Source: a bacterium (GTDB lineage Bacteria > Electryoneota > Electryoneia > Electryoneales > Electryoneaceae). Taken from it: a stretch of DNA of 64,000 bases. The translations under genes and the position numbers were made by a program. Below the pieces are notes generated by a model. That model saw nothing but the letters and a program-made list of their open reading frames with translations. It searched no databases and had not been told where the DNA came from. Each line of letters begins with the position of its first letter. The first letter of the stretch is position 1. This document shows, in pieces, positions 38,390 to 49,580 of the stretch. Where the stretch lies: NCBI GenBank assembly GCA_963669175.1, contig OY769902.1:4480001-4544000 (forward strand). Direction: 5' to 3'.

Positions 38390-40204
38390 TTATACATCCC
38401 CTTGACCATACTGTTCCGGCCTTGAGAGGTTAAATTTTTTCAGCAGGTAGTAAATATATTGGCGGGTTACACCAAGTGCGCGAGCGGCATGGACGATGTT
38501 CCAGCTCCACTGTTGCAGGGTGGCCTCCAGGATTTCGCGGTCGATTTTTCTACGGACAGGGAAAGGTACCGGTAGTGGCGGAGAAATCGCTGGAGACGTG
38601 GTGTACGATCGTCCGGACGGTGTGTGTTTCTGAACTTCTTCCCTGGGCAGATGTTCCGGCAGCAGCACAGGTCCCCTGCTCATTATAAACGCACGTTCGA
38701 TTGCATTGCGCAGTTCACGGACATTTCCCGGCCAGTTATGCTCCTGAAGGATATGAATGGTTTCCGCTGATATTTTCTCCACCCGTGTGCCCAATTCACG
38801 GTTGAATTGTATACGGAAGTGGTCTGCGAGCAGGGGGATATCCTCTTTGCGGTCTCGCAGGGGTGGGATATGAATTGTGACAACATTCAGCCGGTAAAAC
38901 AGGTCTTCCCTGAAATGACCTTCTTGCACCTGGGCGTAAAGATTCCGGTTGGTAGCGGCTATTACTCGCGCATCTGCGGTCAGGGTTCGGGCGTCACCCA
39001 GTTTTTCAAACTGTTTTTCCTCCAGCACACGAAGCAGGGTGACCTGTACAGCAGGTGAGATATCGCCGATTTCATCGAGGAAAATAGTCCCCCCATGTGC
39101 CCTCTGGAACCGACCTATCCGGTCATTTACTGCCCCGGTAAAAGCCCCACGGACATGGCCAAACAGTTCACTTTGCAGCAAGGTGTCTGATAGCGCTGCG
39201 CAGTTCACCGCGACAAAAGGACCATCCTTACGTTCCGAGTATTTGTGAACCAGGGAAGCGATAATTCCTTTGCCGGTGCCGCTCTCGCCCAGCAGTAGTA
39301 CCGTGGTCTTTGAAGGTGCGACCTTTATGATCAGATTATTGACTTCCCGTAAGCGCACGCTTTTTCCGATCAAATCACCAAAACTTCGCTGGTCTTCCAC
39401 TTCCCTCTGCAAAGCATATAGGCGGCTTATATCACGGATCACCACCAATGCTTCATAGTAGTCCAATCCTTCGACTTCCAGGGGGCGTACATTGCAAAGA
39501 AACACCCGGAAACCGACAGGAAGGTCAACTTCCAGGCTCAAATCTCGTGTCGATTTTCCCTTATGCAGACTGCTGCGCACATGAGTATCCAGGTCTGCAA
39601 GTTCTCCACCGATCAAGCTGGCGAATGTCTTGCCAATAGCCTGTTCACGCTTCAATCCAAGCATTTTCAGCGCAGGATCGTTGATGCGTGCGATATGACC
39701 ACTACTGGCTATTGCAAAGATGCCTTCATCGGCCCCCTGGAAAATGGCATTCAAGTGAGCCCGTTGCTGGAGGATGAGGAGTTCCGCCCGTTTTCGTTCA
39801 TCAATACTCTGGTGGGCGATCACCGCCCCACCCTGCGGCATGCGCAGCGGAGTCACAAACATCTCAAACCAGAATTTACCCTCTGGAATATCGAAGCAGT
39901 ATTCCTGGGAAAACACCTCCCGTGTTCCCTTCAGAACCTCACGGATGCCATCCAGAGCCTTTTGTACATCTGGATCACCTGAAGCCCCGGCCGTAGCGAA
40001 ATAATCAATTCCGACACCATGAACAGTGTCCGGTCCGGCACCGTTCTCCGTGGCAAAACGCCGCCATGGCTCATTCACGGCAATGATCTTCCCGTTGCAA
40101 TCGATCACAGCAATCCTTGCAATCTGCGAATCCAGCACGGAACGCGCGAACGATTCATGATCAAGTGAAGATGAAAGTCCCTGGTCTTTCTTTACCTTTT
40201 TCAC
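38390..40204 (-). CDS. PAS-domain sigma54-dependent activator (Fis HTH)
   Basis: Two PAS-like domains, [21 protein letters not shown]. Confidence 0.93.
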   Translation of the reverse strand: MKKVKKDQGLSSSLDHESFARSVLDSQIARIAVIDCNGKIIAVNEPWRRFATENGAGPDTVHGVGIDYFATAGASGDPDVQKALDGIREVLKGTREVFSQEYCFDIPEGKFWFEMFVTPLRMPQGGAVIAHQSIDERKRAELLILQQRAHLNAIFQGADEGIFAIASSGHIARINDPALKMLGLKREQAIGKTFASLIGGELADLDTHVRSSLHKGKSTRDLSLEVDLPVGFRVFLCNVRPLEVEGLDYYEALVVIRDISRLYALQREVEDQRSFGDLIGKSVRLREVNNLIIKVAPSKTTVLLLGESGTGKGIIASLVHKYSERKDGPFVAVNCAALSDTLLQSELFGHVRGAFTGAVNDRIGRFQRAHGGTIFLDEIGDISPAVQVTLLRVLEEKQFEKLGDARTLTADARVIAATNRNLYAQVQEGHFREDLFYRLNVVTIHIPPLRDRKEDIPLLADHFRIQFNRELGTRVEKISAETIHILQEHNWPGNVRELRNAIERAFIMSRGPVLLPEHLPREEVQKHTPSGRSYTTSPAISPPLPVPFPVRRKIDREILEATLQQWSWNIVHAARALGVTRQYIYYLLKKFNLSRPEQYGQGDV

Positions 40205-40662
40205 TCTTTTACTTTCCTGAGTCTTTCTGAGGATACTACCATATTTGGGATTATCGGTTCCGGGTTAAGGACCATCTATTGTATTATCATTGGTTCTATA
40301 GTCGTGCTCGGAAAAATTGTCGCATCATGTCATCCCCTCCCCGAATGTTGTAGTCGGGGATCAAACGGGGATCTCGTAGTTTTGCTATTCAATGCGACAT
40401 TCTTTTTACAACCCGCTATAATAGGTTTCACTGACATCTTCCTTCGATACTCCAACATAAAAAAAAACAAATCCAGAAAACTCAGATAGAGCGATATTTC
40501 TTCTTTACGCCCGACTTTGCCTTGGTGCAAACAAGCTGTCAGTGAAATGGAATCTGAAATGATAGCCTGTTTATCTCGTAATGGGTTTGGAATGCCCAAG
40601 CGTCAGAAAAGTCGCCGGGGCAAAACAGCGAACAAGGTATCAATCCTGGTGTAAAAACTGGT

Positions 40663-40877
40663 TGTACCTTGTCCAAATTTCATCCGCTTTATTGGCACTG
40701 AGTTTCAGCGATTCCGAAAGGTACACGCAATCCCCAGAGAACTCAACCTTTCACGCGTCTAGCCTATATTTTTCCTAATTCCCACAGTGATTTTTTCATC
40801 CGACTCGACTAGAATTTGCTGGCCTTTTGAGGTTTTCACCTGGGGTTCCCGCACGGATTGTATTTTGACGAGGGACA
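40663..40877. mobile_element. 215-bp MITE with TGT..ACA termini, copy A
   Basis: TGTACCTTGTCCAAATTTCATCCG ... CGGATTGTATTTTGACGAGGGACA; colinear with 53872-54085. Confidence 0.75.
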
Positions 40878-41000
40878 GGCAAAGCGAACTGCCTCACGCT
40901 TGAACTCTGGATCGTACTTGTTGCGATTGGACATGTGAACACCTCCTCGAAAAGAAAACTACCATCTCTTCTCTGTGTCCACAAAATCGGGGGAGGCTCA
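40878..41000 (-). pseudogene. IS3-family left end and OrfA N-terminal remnant
   Basis: Minus strand TGAGCCTCCCCCGATTTTGTGGACA, RBS GAGGAGG, MSNRNKYDPEFKREAVRFA cut at the MITE end. Confidence 0.8.
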
Positions 41001-41002
41001 AG

Positions 41003-43114
41003 TCAGCTCTGCAAACGGAAATCAATACTGCATTTTAACAGATAAATGTTTTCACCGTCGAAAGCATAGTCGATATCAAGCGGGGTTTGTAGCAAGTCAT
41101 ACAATTTACATATAATGCTTTTAAGCTGAAAAATCAGTTTTCCTGTAGGCTTTGTGATACTGCTTCCTTTAGATTGTTCCCAAACCTTTGTATAATCAAG
41201 GTTATTATCCAGGATTTTTTTCATGATATGGTAATAAGGTCTAATTGTATCCGATTCATCAAGTAAAGCGTCAATAGATCGTTGCTCTATTTTTCCTGTT
41301 GACAGATTGAGATAGCGGAAATTGTCCCAGATAGATTCTTCAGCACTCCAGTTCATTTCGCTACCCCCCCCTGCCATCTGATCTGTGTCAAGAGATAGTT
41401 CGATGCCACGGTTGTTGGTGTTTAGTTTTTCAGGACGCAAACCCGGGAATATTGAAATTGTGACCCTCTCAGAATTTCTGTCCGTACTCCTTCGTCTTTT
41501 ACCTTGTATCGAGATCCTTCCAGAAAAAAATGGAAAATAGAATTTTTCAGCGCGAACTCCCACAACCTTCTGAATAATTATCCCCATCTCTTCACTGAAA
41601 TCCGTCAGTCCATGTTCAGCACGATATTGGAGCGGCGCTGGTCCAAACGTGGATATATATACTTCGATCACAGCTCTAAGCAGATTCTTCAACTGCTCTG
41701 TTTTTGTACCACTATTGGGAAGCAGGCAGTAATCATATAACCCTGAGAATTTCAATCCGATTCTGTCTTCCAGCAGGCTGGAACTTCGCACAATCAAGGG
41801 TGAATCATTCATGTTTTCAAGTGTGTATGAAAGTGCTGATACCAGCCATTGAGGAGGGTGTGCTTTGAACACTAAATCGCGAACATAAGGGTATTCGATT
41901 TGTATCCGATTAATATCCTTATATTTATGCTCTGACAATTCTTCAAGAAGATCGTTGAATTGAAGAAAATGGTATAATCCGTCTGAGGTAATGTACCACG
42001 TGGTTGGAACCTTTACAGGCACCTTGCATACTTGCTTGTTCTGCGACTTCTGCAGCATGCAAGAAGCCAGTAATGTTTTAGCAGCTTTGTTACCTATTTT
42101 GCCATGGCTACCTGGAGGAGAGATCATATGGTCAACGAGGCTGTTAAAATGCTCGAAACGAATGTACGGTTTTGAAGCCTTGATGAACTCAAGTTGGTCA
42201 GACAAGAGCAAACGAGTAACTTGCACCAGAATACCTTCAACCAGCAAATCTGGCAGGTCGTTATTATTATCTTTATGATCATGGAAATACTTAATAACAT
42301 CAATAATATCACGTACGGAACACTCTGGAAGAATTACTTTCCGGATATAAGTGCCATATTTTTCCTGCCTCATGCATTGCTGAAATCGTACAAGAATATC
42401 ATCTCTGGACAAATGACTTGAAATAAGATCAAATGCTTCATGAAGCACAATATCGTGTCGTTTTATATGGTCTGCATTATAATGATCAGTTCTTTTTGTC
42501 GATTTGGTATCATCTAAGCGACCAATCAAGTTCGCCAGTTGCTTTTCAGAAATCAGGTTCTTCTCGCAAAGGTCAACTAATGTTTTCCGAATAAACCGCT
42601 GATGCAAATCTTGATCAAAGTCCTGCAGACTGCGAACGGTAACCTTCCAATAATCATTGCTGTGATAGGATATGGTATGCTTCAGCAGGATATCTTCAAC
42701 TAAATCGTTCTTAATCAGGAAGTCCCTGATAAGATGTGTAACAGACTGAAGAAGTGTTATCTCCTCAGAAATGAAAGGGTCGGGGTGTAACTTACCTACT
42801 TCAGGCATATAAGCTACACGAACAATCCCGACCCTTTCATTTAATACTATAATCGGCTCGGACAGAATTTCAGTGGACCCGGCGTAACCATCTGAATGGT
42901 AAATAAATGCTCCCAGCTCGATCTTCACTTTACATACTTCTGGATACATCCATCCTTTTGGAACAGTTTTTATCACATGTTCCAAAAATTTTTCCAAATT
43001 GGAGTTTTCTCGCTGCAACCATGAACTGATTGCATAATAACACTCGAGCTCTCGGGATCGCTTATTTAATTGCTCGAATAGCTCCGTGTCTGTATGAGAT
43101 CTTGCAGTAGCCAA
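41003..43114 (-). CDS. PEP/pyruvate-binding (PPDK N-terminal ATP-grasp) domain protein with N-terminal sensor-like region
   Basis: GKIGNKA, PLIVRSSSLLED, EEMGIIIQKVVG, PLDIDYA; no phospho-His swivel domain evident. Confidence 0.8.
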   Translation of the reverse strand: MATARSHTDTELFEQLNKRSRELECYYAISSWLQRENSNLEKFLEHVIKTVPKGWMYPEVCKVKIELGAFIYHSDGYAGSTEILSEPIIVLNERVGIVRVAYMPEVGKLHPDPFISEEITLLQSVTHLIRDFLIKNDLVEDILLKHTISYHSNDYWKVTVRSLQDFDQDLHQRFIRKTLVDLCEKNLISEKQLANLIGRLDDTKSTKRTDHYNADHIKRHDIVLHEAFDLISSHLSRDDILVRFQQCMRQEKYGTYIRKVILPECSVRDIIDVIKYFHDHKDNNNDLPDLLVEGILVQVTRLLLSDQLEFIKASKPYIRFEHFNSLVDHMISPPGSHGKIGNKAAKTLLASCMLQKSQNKQVCKVPVKVPTTWYITSDGLYHFLQFNDLLEELSEHKYKDINRIQIEYPYVRDLVFKAHPPQWLVSALSYTLENMNDSPLIVRSSSLLEDRIGLKFSGLYDYCLLPNSGTKTEQLKNLLRAVIEVYISTFGPAPLQYRAEHGLTDFSEEMGIIIQKVVGVRAEKFYFPFFSGRISIQGKRRRSTDRNSERVTISIFPGLRPEKLNTNNRGIELSLDTDQMAGGGSEMNWSAEESIWDNFRYLNLSTGKIEQRSIDALLDESDTIRPYYHIMKKILDNNLDYTKVWEQSKGSSITKPTGKLIFQLKSIICKLYDLLQTPLDIDYAFDGENIYLLKCSIDFRLQS

Positions 43115-43139
43115 TAGTGTATATCCAGTGTAAGAATCT

Positions 43140-44729
43140 TTAACTATTCAAGATCTCTTCTACTTCTTTCTGGTCCGCATCCATAACATATTGAATCCCA
43201 CTGATATCACTTGCTATCTTGGTAAGCGAAGCGATATCATTTCTTTCAATATGTTCCAGAGCAAACTTTCGACTTCCGCACATAAGCTGCCTCAATCCCT
43301 GTGCAAGCCGCTCGTAATAGGTATACAATCCAATGGCGCCTGTGGGTAGCTTTTTAAACTCTTCATCACCAAGTTCGTTACGAAGGTCTGAGGCCGTGAC
43401 GAAAATTTCATCGATGGAATGACCAAACCGCTCAATATATACTGGAATATCGTTGTCGCGAATGGCCTTGCCGATTGTTTTTCCAACCATGGTAGCTGCA
43501 ATAGCGCTTCTTGCCATTCCGATCAGTTTCACATAAGGCGCCCCCAACGCAAGTCCTTTGAAAATCTGATCTTCAAAGGTGAAACCGCCAGCAAGCGCTA
43601 ATGCTGGAATCTTCTTTCCCTTTGCTTCAAGTTGGGATGCATATTTATGCAGGAGTGAATGAAGCTCAACAACAGGCACGCCCCATTCATTCATCATTCT
43701 CCAGGGACTCATGCCGGTTCCACCGCCAGCGCCATCCACGGTGAGCAGGTCGATGTTGTATTTACTTGCATAACTGATCGCGCGTGCCAAGTCAGCAGGA
43801 CGATAGGCGCCGGTTTTCAGGAACACGTATTTGGCTCCAGCTTTGCGAAGCTCTTCGACACGCTTTGCGAAATCTTCCTCGTTGACCATGCCGATACGTG
43901 AGTGGCGTTCAAATTCCTTGAAGGCGCCTTTCTTGAAAGCTTCGATAACCTTGGGATCTGTGGGGTTCGGCAAGACAACGTAACCGCGTTCATATAGCAG
44001 TTGTGCTTTTTTTAGATCCTTGATCTTTACTTCACCGCCAATGTCTTTTGCCCCCTGCCCCCATTTTAACTCGACAATCTCAACCCCTAACTCCTGGATG
44101 GCATATTCTTGAACCCCCAGACGAGTGTCCTCAACATTCGCTTGTACAATTGTCGCACCATAGCCATCAATTTGATGATCCTGGAAAAGTTTAACGCGAC
44201 GTTTCAAGTCGACAGTATCCACAACTTTGCCATTCTTGATTACAGTTTGCGGATCCATTCCAGCAACGTTCTCACCAATCGTCAGTCCAGTACCGGCTAA
44301 CGCTGTTCCAATAGCAAGTCCTTCCCAATTATTCTTCGCAACATCTGTCGAACCAATACCAGGGATGATCCAGGGATAGCGGAATTTGATTCCATTATCC
44401 CCGCCAAAGTGGACTTCAAGGTTTACATTTGGGAAAATGGCCTTATCGCTATCAGCTTCAATTCCCACTGCCCCAACAGCTGTCCCCATGATATTGAAAT
44501 GTGAATAGTCAACGGGGTAATCCTTTTCGCTCGCAGTCGTAATCACTCCAAAAGGTTGCGGATAGATCACTTCGTGTCCACGATACGCTGACTTTCCAAT
44601 TTCGCACATGCCTATGCAACCATCGACGCAAGTAACGCACATTCCTGAAATGGGCGTGATAGAACCTTCAGTCCTGTTTTTCGTCAGGGTTGCAGCGGAC
44701 CTGTTTACTTTGGTTAAGCTTTCGGACAT
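43140..44729 (-). CDS. Stand-alone FMN-binding glutamate synthase (GltB2-type) protein
   Basis: ELKWGQGAK, TIGEN, TVDGAGGGTG, LALGA; N-terminal CVTCVDGC...C. Confidence 0.88.
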   Translation of the reverse strand: MSESLTKVNRSAATLTKNRTEGSITPISGMCVTCVDGCIGMCEIGKSAYRGHEVIYPQPFGVITTASEKDYPVDYSHFNIMGTAVGAVGIEADSDKAIFPNVNLEVHFGGDNGIKFRYPWIIPGIGSTDVAKNNWEGLAIGTALAGTGLTIGENVAGMDPQTVIKNGKVVDTVDLKRRVKLFQDHQIDGYGATIVQANVEDTRLGVQEYAIQELGVEIVELKWGQGAKDIGGEVKIKDLKKAQLLYERGYVVLPNPTDPKVIEAFKKGAFKEFERHSRIGMVNEEDFAKRVEELRKAGAKYVFLKTGAYRPADLARAISYASKYNIDLLTVDGAGGGTGMSPWRMMNEWGVPVVELHSLLHKYASQLEAKGKKIPALALAGGFTFEDQIFKGLALGAPYVKLIGMARSAIAATMVGKTIGKAIRDNDIPVYIERFGHSIDEIFVTASDLRNELGDEEFKKLPTGAIGLYTYYERLAQGLRQLMCGSRKFALEHIERNDIASLTKIASDISGIQYVMDADQKEVEEILNS

Positions 44730-44742
44730 CGTGCACCTCTCC

Positions 44743-45447
44743 TTATCTCTGGGTAGTATTCTTTTCTTTCTCTAACTCGGCGATTTCGCAGGCTACACAA
44801 GGACTCATGTAGCACATCATATCGTGGAAACGCTCTTCTTCGATGCATGGGACCTGGATGTTGGCACAACCGCCGCAAATCGCCTTATCCGGTTCATTGT
44901 AAGTGCAACGGAGTTGACATGCGGGACAGACATAGATACAGCCGCCGCATAATCGGCACTTCTCCGATTTCATGTCGAAAGGCGTATTGATTCTGCGATT
45001 CTGTCCACGTCCCTGAAAGCCGATAGCTCCAGCTACCATCTGTTCTTTACACATCCGAACACACAAACCGCACAGAATGCAATCCTCATGTTCCTGGCGA
45101 AAACGCTGCTGCATTACATGGTGTTCTGCGGCAAGATCCTGGATAACTTTTGACTGAGGACAGGAAGCAAGCAGAAGCTCGATGATCATTCTCCTTGCTT
45201 TGACAACACGTTCTGAAGCAGTATGAACAATCAGTCCCTCTTCAGCGCGGTAAGTGCAAGAGGTAACCAGACGTGATTTGGGTGGTTTCCCGATTTCTAC
45301 AACACACAATCTACAGGCGCCATAAGGTTCCAACCCATCCATGTGACACAGGGTTGGAATGGGAAACCCCAGGAATCTAGCGGCTTCAAGCAGTGTTGCG
45401 CCTTCTTCCACTTGTACTGGAAGACCGTTGATCTTCAAGTTGATCAT
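44743..45447 (-). CDS. NuoG/HydA N-terminal-like Fe-S subunit with no catalytic domain
   Basis: IPTLC...GACRLC...C [2Fe-2S]; CILCGLCVRMC and CRLCGGCIYVCP; Cys-rich tail. Confidence 0.88.
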   Translation of the reverse strand: MINLKINGLPVQVEEGATLLEAARFLGFPIPTLCHMDGLEPYGACRLCVVEIGKPPKSRLVTSCTYRAEEGLIVHTASERVVKARRMIIELLLASCPQSKVIQDLAAEHHVMQQRFRQEHEDCILCGLCVRMCKEQMVAGAIGFQGRGQNRRINTPFDMKSEKCRLCGGCIYVCPACQLRCTYNEPDKAICGGCANIQVPCIEEERFHDMMCYMSPCVACEIAELEKEKNTTQR

Positions 45448-48400
45448 ACTACTGACTCCACTGTAATTTCGGTTTCAGGAGCTGTTTCGCTATCTGCCGT
45501 ATGAGAAGTTTGAGTGAACTCCAGGTCACAACGGAGACACCGTAACGCTTCGCAACGAGCTGCGTCAGGCGTGAGAGTCTTCTCTACCTCTTCAAAACTG
45601 GTCCTGCGTTTTTCTGCTTCCGTTCTCTCAGGTTCGGAACGTTCAGCGAGGCGCTCGTCAATCTCCTCTTGCGGCAAGGGTTCCACATAAATTCCAGGTA
45701 TCTTTCGAATCCCCTGCTGCCAGAGTTCTTCCTGATTCAGGTAACGTTCAATCATCAATGCCGCTTTTTTTCCGGCGGCAATGGCATCGACCACCGTGTT
45801 TGGTCCAGTGACTACATCTCCACCGGCGAAAACCCCTGGTCTGCTGCATGCCAGTGTGTTCTGATCCACATCCAGAGTGCCCCATTCGGTCAGCCGTAAT
45901 TCCGGTTCACCTGAAGGTGATATCGAGTCTGTGTCAGGTTGTTCACTTATTGCGACGATAAGTGTATCCACCGGAAGAATAAACTCGCTGTGGGGAATAG
46001 GTACCGGACTGCGACGACCACTCTGGTCGATTTCACCCAACTTGTTTCGAATGCACTCAAGACCAACTACACCGCTACCGTCAGTTATAATCCGCGATGG
46101 TGTGACAAGTGTTTCTATTGCGATTTTTTCTTCGAAGGCAGCTTTGATCTCTTCATCGAAGGCAGGCATTTCTTCACGTGTCCGGCGATATAGAAGTGTC
46201 ACTGAATCGACATCTTTCTGCCGCAGAGCGGTTCGGGCAGCGTCAAAAGCCGAGTTCCCGCCACCAATTACTGCCACTTTACCTCGAGCCAGATTTTCAC
46301 CCTTTACATTGAATGTCTTCAGGAATTCAATTGAAGGGTAAACACCTTCGCTGTCTTCGCCTTCTAATCGAAGTCTGCGGTCTTTCTGCGCACCGAGAGC
46401 GACAAAAATAGCTTTGTAATCATCGTCGAACAGCTTGTTGATTGTGATATCCTTGCCGAGTGTAGTATTGCAATTGATTGTAAGATTGGGATTCATTAAA
46501 CTTGTGATTTCTTTTTCCAGAGTTTCCCGGGGAAGTCTGTAGGATGGAATACAACTGAACATCATACCGCCAGGTTTCTCATCCGATTCGAATACTGTTA
46601 CGGGATAGCCCTTCAATGACAGTAAATGGGCAGCGGTTAACCCAGCTGGTCCAGCCCCGATCACGGCCACTTTTTCCTCTTTTTTCTCAGGCGAGATCTC
46701 AGGTTTGTAAAGGGATGGATCCGTATTGTCTGTTATGAAACGTTTCAAAGCGCGAATGGCCACAGGAGATGTTCCGGTTTTCCCAAGTTTGCAGGAATCT
46801 TCGCATTTATGATCGCAGACTCTTGCACAAACCGACGGGAAAGGATTTGTCTCACGTATGGTTAGATACGCTTCATCATATTCGCCCCGCGCAATGTGTG
46901 CAATGTAGCGCCAGGCTTCTGTATTGATCGGGCATGCCGCCTCGCAAGGCGCACCGACCAGCTCTGCGCATACACCCGCCCTGCAACGCTTATCAACAAT
47001 ATGTTCGATATATTCATTCCGGAAATACTTGAGTGTGGATAGCACTGGATTGGATGCTGTTTGTCCCAGACCGCACATTGTCGTATCTGCGACAACATGG
47101 GCAAGCTCCTCCAGCAAATCCAGCATGTCAAGTGTGCCTCTGCCTTCAGTGATATCTTCCAGGATTTCATACATTCTTTGTGTGCCCTTGCGGCAGGTAT
47201 AACATTTACCGCACGATTCTTCTTTAAGAAAACCCATATAGTACTTGGCGATGTCAACCATACACGATTTGTCGTCCATAACAATCATGCCGCCTGATCC
47301 CATGATCGATCCGACTTTTGCAAGCGAATCATAATCAATAGGAAGGTCGAACATGCTTGCGGGTATGCACCCTCCAGACGGACCACCCGTCTGAACAGCT
47401 TTGATTTGTGATTTTCCTACCGGACCACCACCAATATCATAGACTATTTCTTTGATTGTAGTTCCCATAGGTACTTCAACAAGACCGGTATTCTTTATTT
47501 TTCCGACAAGGCTGAATATCTTAGTGCCGGAATTACCCGGCACACCGACTTTTGCAAACTCATCGGCTCCTTTACTAATTATAACGGGTATGTTGGAAAG
47601 TGTTTCGACATTGTTAATGCACGTCGGTTTTCCCCATAACCCCTTTTGTACTGGATAAGGAGGCCGTTGTTTCGGTTCACCAATTCTACCTTCAATTGAT
47701 GCAATCAAAGCGGTCTCTTCACCACAGACAAAAGCGCCAGCGCCTTTGATAATCTCAATATTGAAATCGACATTCTTATTCAGAATGTTTTTTCCAAGAA
47801 GCCCCCGATCTGTCGCCTGTCGTATTGCAATCATCGCATGTTTGACTGCAAGTGGGTATTCGCTTCTTACGTAAATGATACCTTTGGTAGCCCCTATTGC
47901 TATGCCACCAATTATCATTCCCTCAAGTACTGCATGGGGATTTCCTTCCAGAAGACTACGATCCATGTAAGCACCTGGATCGCCTTCATCAGCATTGCAA
48001 ATCAGGTATTTTTGACAACCTGTTTTCCCTGATTTTGACGCGAGTTCCCATTTCTTTCCGGTTGGGAATCCTCCCCCCCCACGTCCTCGCAGTCCTGAAC
48101 TCAACACTTCTTCAATAATCCATTGTGGATTATCCTTCATTAAAACTTTCGCAAGCGCCTGGTACCCTCCCAGCTTGATATAATCATATATCCTGATAGG
48201 ATCTATCTTCTCATTTTTTCCGAGTATTGTGCGTTTCTGCTTCTTGAAGAATGGTATATCTGCCTGATTCTTATGAAAATCATGGTATTCTGATTCTCGA
48301 TAGAGAAGTTCTTCAATCACTCTCCCATCAAGAGCCGCCTCAATAACGCGGGATATATCTTTGTTTTTCAGCCTGGGATACAGGTTTCTACCAGGTTCTA

Positions 48401-48653
48401 CAAGAATGAAAGGATCCATTTCACAGAATCCCTGGCAGCCTGTAATCCGAAGTGATATTTTCTCTTGAATGTTGTGTTCAAGGATGTACTTCTTGATTAT
48501 CCTGATCGTATCCCCTGCTCCACTTGCTTTCCCCCCGGTGCCAGCACATACAACCAGAACAGGTTTTGTACCATTGAGGTTGTTTGAAAATTGTTTAGCA
48601 AAGCTCAGGAATTCTTCTACTGATGACAGCTTAGGCATTTCGCTACTCCGCAC
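45444..48653 (-). CDS. NuoF/HydB-like subunit fused to a GltD-like FAD/NADPH domain
   Basis: GLRGRGGGGFPTG, CNADEGDPG, ESCGKC..CR, then CARVC, GAGPAGL, GGGNSAFD, AGGD. Confidence 0.9.
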   Translation of the reverse strand: MRSSEMPKLSSVEEFLSFAKQFSNNLNGTKPVLVVCAGTGGKASGAGDTIRIIKKYILEHNIQEKISLRITGCQGFCEMDPFILVEPGRNLYPRLKNKDISRVIEAALDGRVIEELLYRESEYHDFHKNQADIPFFKKQKRTILGKNEKIDPIRIYDYIKLGGYQALAKVLMKDNPQWIIEEVLSSGLRGRGGGGFPTGKKWELASKSGKTGCQKYLICNADEGDPGAYMDRSLLEGNPHAVLEGMIIGGIAIGATKGIIYVRSEYPLAVKHAMIAIRQATDRGLLGKNILNKNVDFNIEIIKGAGAFVCGEETALIASIEGRIGEPKQRPPYPVQKGLWGKPTCINNVETLSNIPVIISKGADEFAKVGVPGNSGTKIFSLVGKIKNTGLVEVPMGTTIKEIVYDIGGGPVGKSQIKAVQTGGPSGGCIPASMFDLPIDYDSLAKVGSIMGSGGMIVMDDKSCMVDIAKYYMGFLKEESCGKCYTCRKGTQRMYEILEDITEGRGTLDMLDLLEELAHVVADTTMCGLGQTASNPVLSTLKYFRNEYIEHIVDKRCRAGVCAELVGAPCEAACPINTEAWRYIAHIARGEYDEAYLTIRETNPFPSVCARVCDHKCEDSCKLGKTGTSPVAIRALKRFITDNTDPSLYKPEISPEKKEEKVAVIGAGPAGLTAAHLLSLKGYPVTVFESDEKPGGMMFSCIPSYRLPRETLEKEITSLMNPNLTINCNTTLGKDITINKLFDDDYKAIFVALGAQKDRRLRLEGEDSEGVYPSIEFLKTFNVKGENLARGKVAVIGGGNSAFDAARTALRQKDVDSVTLLYRRTREEMPAFDEEIKAAFEEKIAIETLVTPSRIITDGSGVVGLECIRNKLGEIDQSGRRSPVPIPHSEFILPVDTLIVAISEQPDTDSISPSGEPELRLTEWGTLDVDQNTLACSRPGVFAGGDVVTGPNTVVDAIAAGKKAALMIERYLNQEELWQQGIRKIPGIYVEPLPQEEIDERLAERSEPERTEAEKRRTSFEEVEKTLTPDAARCEALRCLRCDLEFTQTSHTADSETAPETEITVESVV

Positions 48654-48679
48654 AGGTTGGTGTAAAAAAAATGAATGAT

Positions 48680-49528
48680 CTATAGATCAAGTACATGTCC
48701 CTTGCAGCCTTTCCTGGGGCAAATTTGAACAATGCCACCGCTGGAAACACTCATAAGAACCATGGGAACACCGCACTCCGGGCAGTTGACAGATCCTAAT
48801 AATTCAGAATGACAATGTGGGCAAAAGAAATTGACGACCTTATCATCGGGAATTTCATACTCTGCTTCAGTTTTGTAGCTGCCATATAGACTCGATAATC
48901 GAAGCCATCCATGTTTATTTGCAAACGACACACTTACCCAAATCGCGGGATAACCATCCATGAAATGTTCAGGTGTCATTAAACTGTGGTTGCAGCGAGA
49001 GCAATTGACATTAATCGGAAATATCTTTTCGTCTGTTCCGGTATCCATTGCATCATACCCATTTTTTGTCACATCAATAATTTCTTTAACCTTTTTGACA
49101 TTTACCTGTGAAAAATAATGACCATCCACCACGACTACCGGGCCAAGGGCGCATGCACCAAGACAGTTTACTGTTTCCAGTGAAAATTCATTGTCTGCAG
49201 TTGTTTCGCCAGCTTTAATTCCCAGCTTCTTGGAAAACTCTTCAGCGATTGCGGAACCACCGCGTACATGACAAGCCGTTCCAAGACAAACTGAGCACTG
49301 ATGTCTTCCACGCGGAGTCAGGCTGAAAGATTTGTAGAATGTGGCAACTCCGAAAATATCTACCAGTGAGTGCCCAGTCTCTTCTGAGACACTCTCCAGT
49401 ACTTCGCGTGGCAAATACCCATACCTCGCTTGAACTTCCTCGAGAATCCCTATCAGCCCGCCTTGATCGCTTCTATACTTATCTGTCAGCTCCTTCACAT
49501 AGTCCAACGAAATGGTAGTTTTATCCAT
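48680..49528 (-). CDS. NuoE/HydC-like [2Fe-2S] subunit with extra Cys-rich C-terminal domain
   Basis: CLGTACH, NCLGAC; additional CSRC, CPHC, CPEC, CPRKGC. Confidence 0.88.
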   Translation of the reverse strand: MDKTTISLDYVKELTDKYRSDQGGLIGILEEVQARYGYLPREVLESVSEETGHSLVDIFGVATFYKSFSLTPRGRHQCSVCLGTACHVRGGSAIAEEFSKKLGIKAGETTADNEFSLETVNCLGACALGPVVVVDGHYFSQVNVKKVKEIIDVTKNGYDAMDTGTDEKIFPINVNCSRCNHSLMTPEHFMDGYPAIWVSVSFANKHGWLRLSSLYGSYKTEAEYEIPDDKVVNFFCPHCHSELLGSVNCPECGVPMVLMSVSSGGIVQICPRKGCKGHVLDL

Positions 49529-49580
49529 CTGCGTCCCCTAGTTGTAAGGATTCCGGGTTTCAGCTCATCCGACTTTGTAG

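Noticed and set aside
41003-43114. Functional PEP synthase/PPDK
   Set aside because: No phospho-His domain or C-terminal catalytic domain is evident
44743-45447. [FeFe]-hydrogenase or complex I subunit annotation
   Set aside because: No H-cluster motifs, only 234 aa, and no membrane nuo genes nearby
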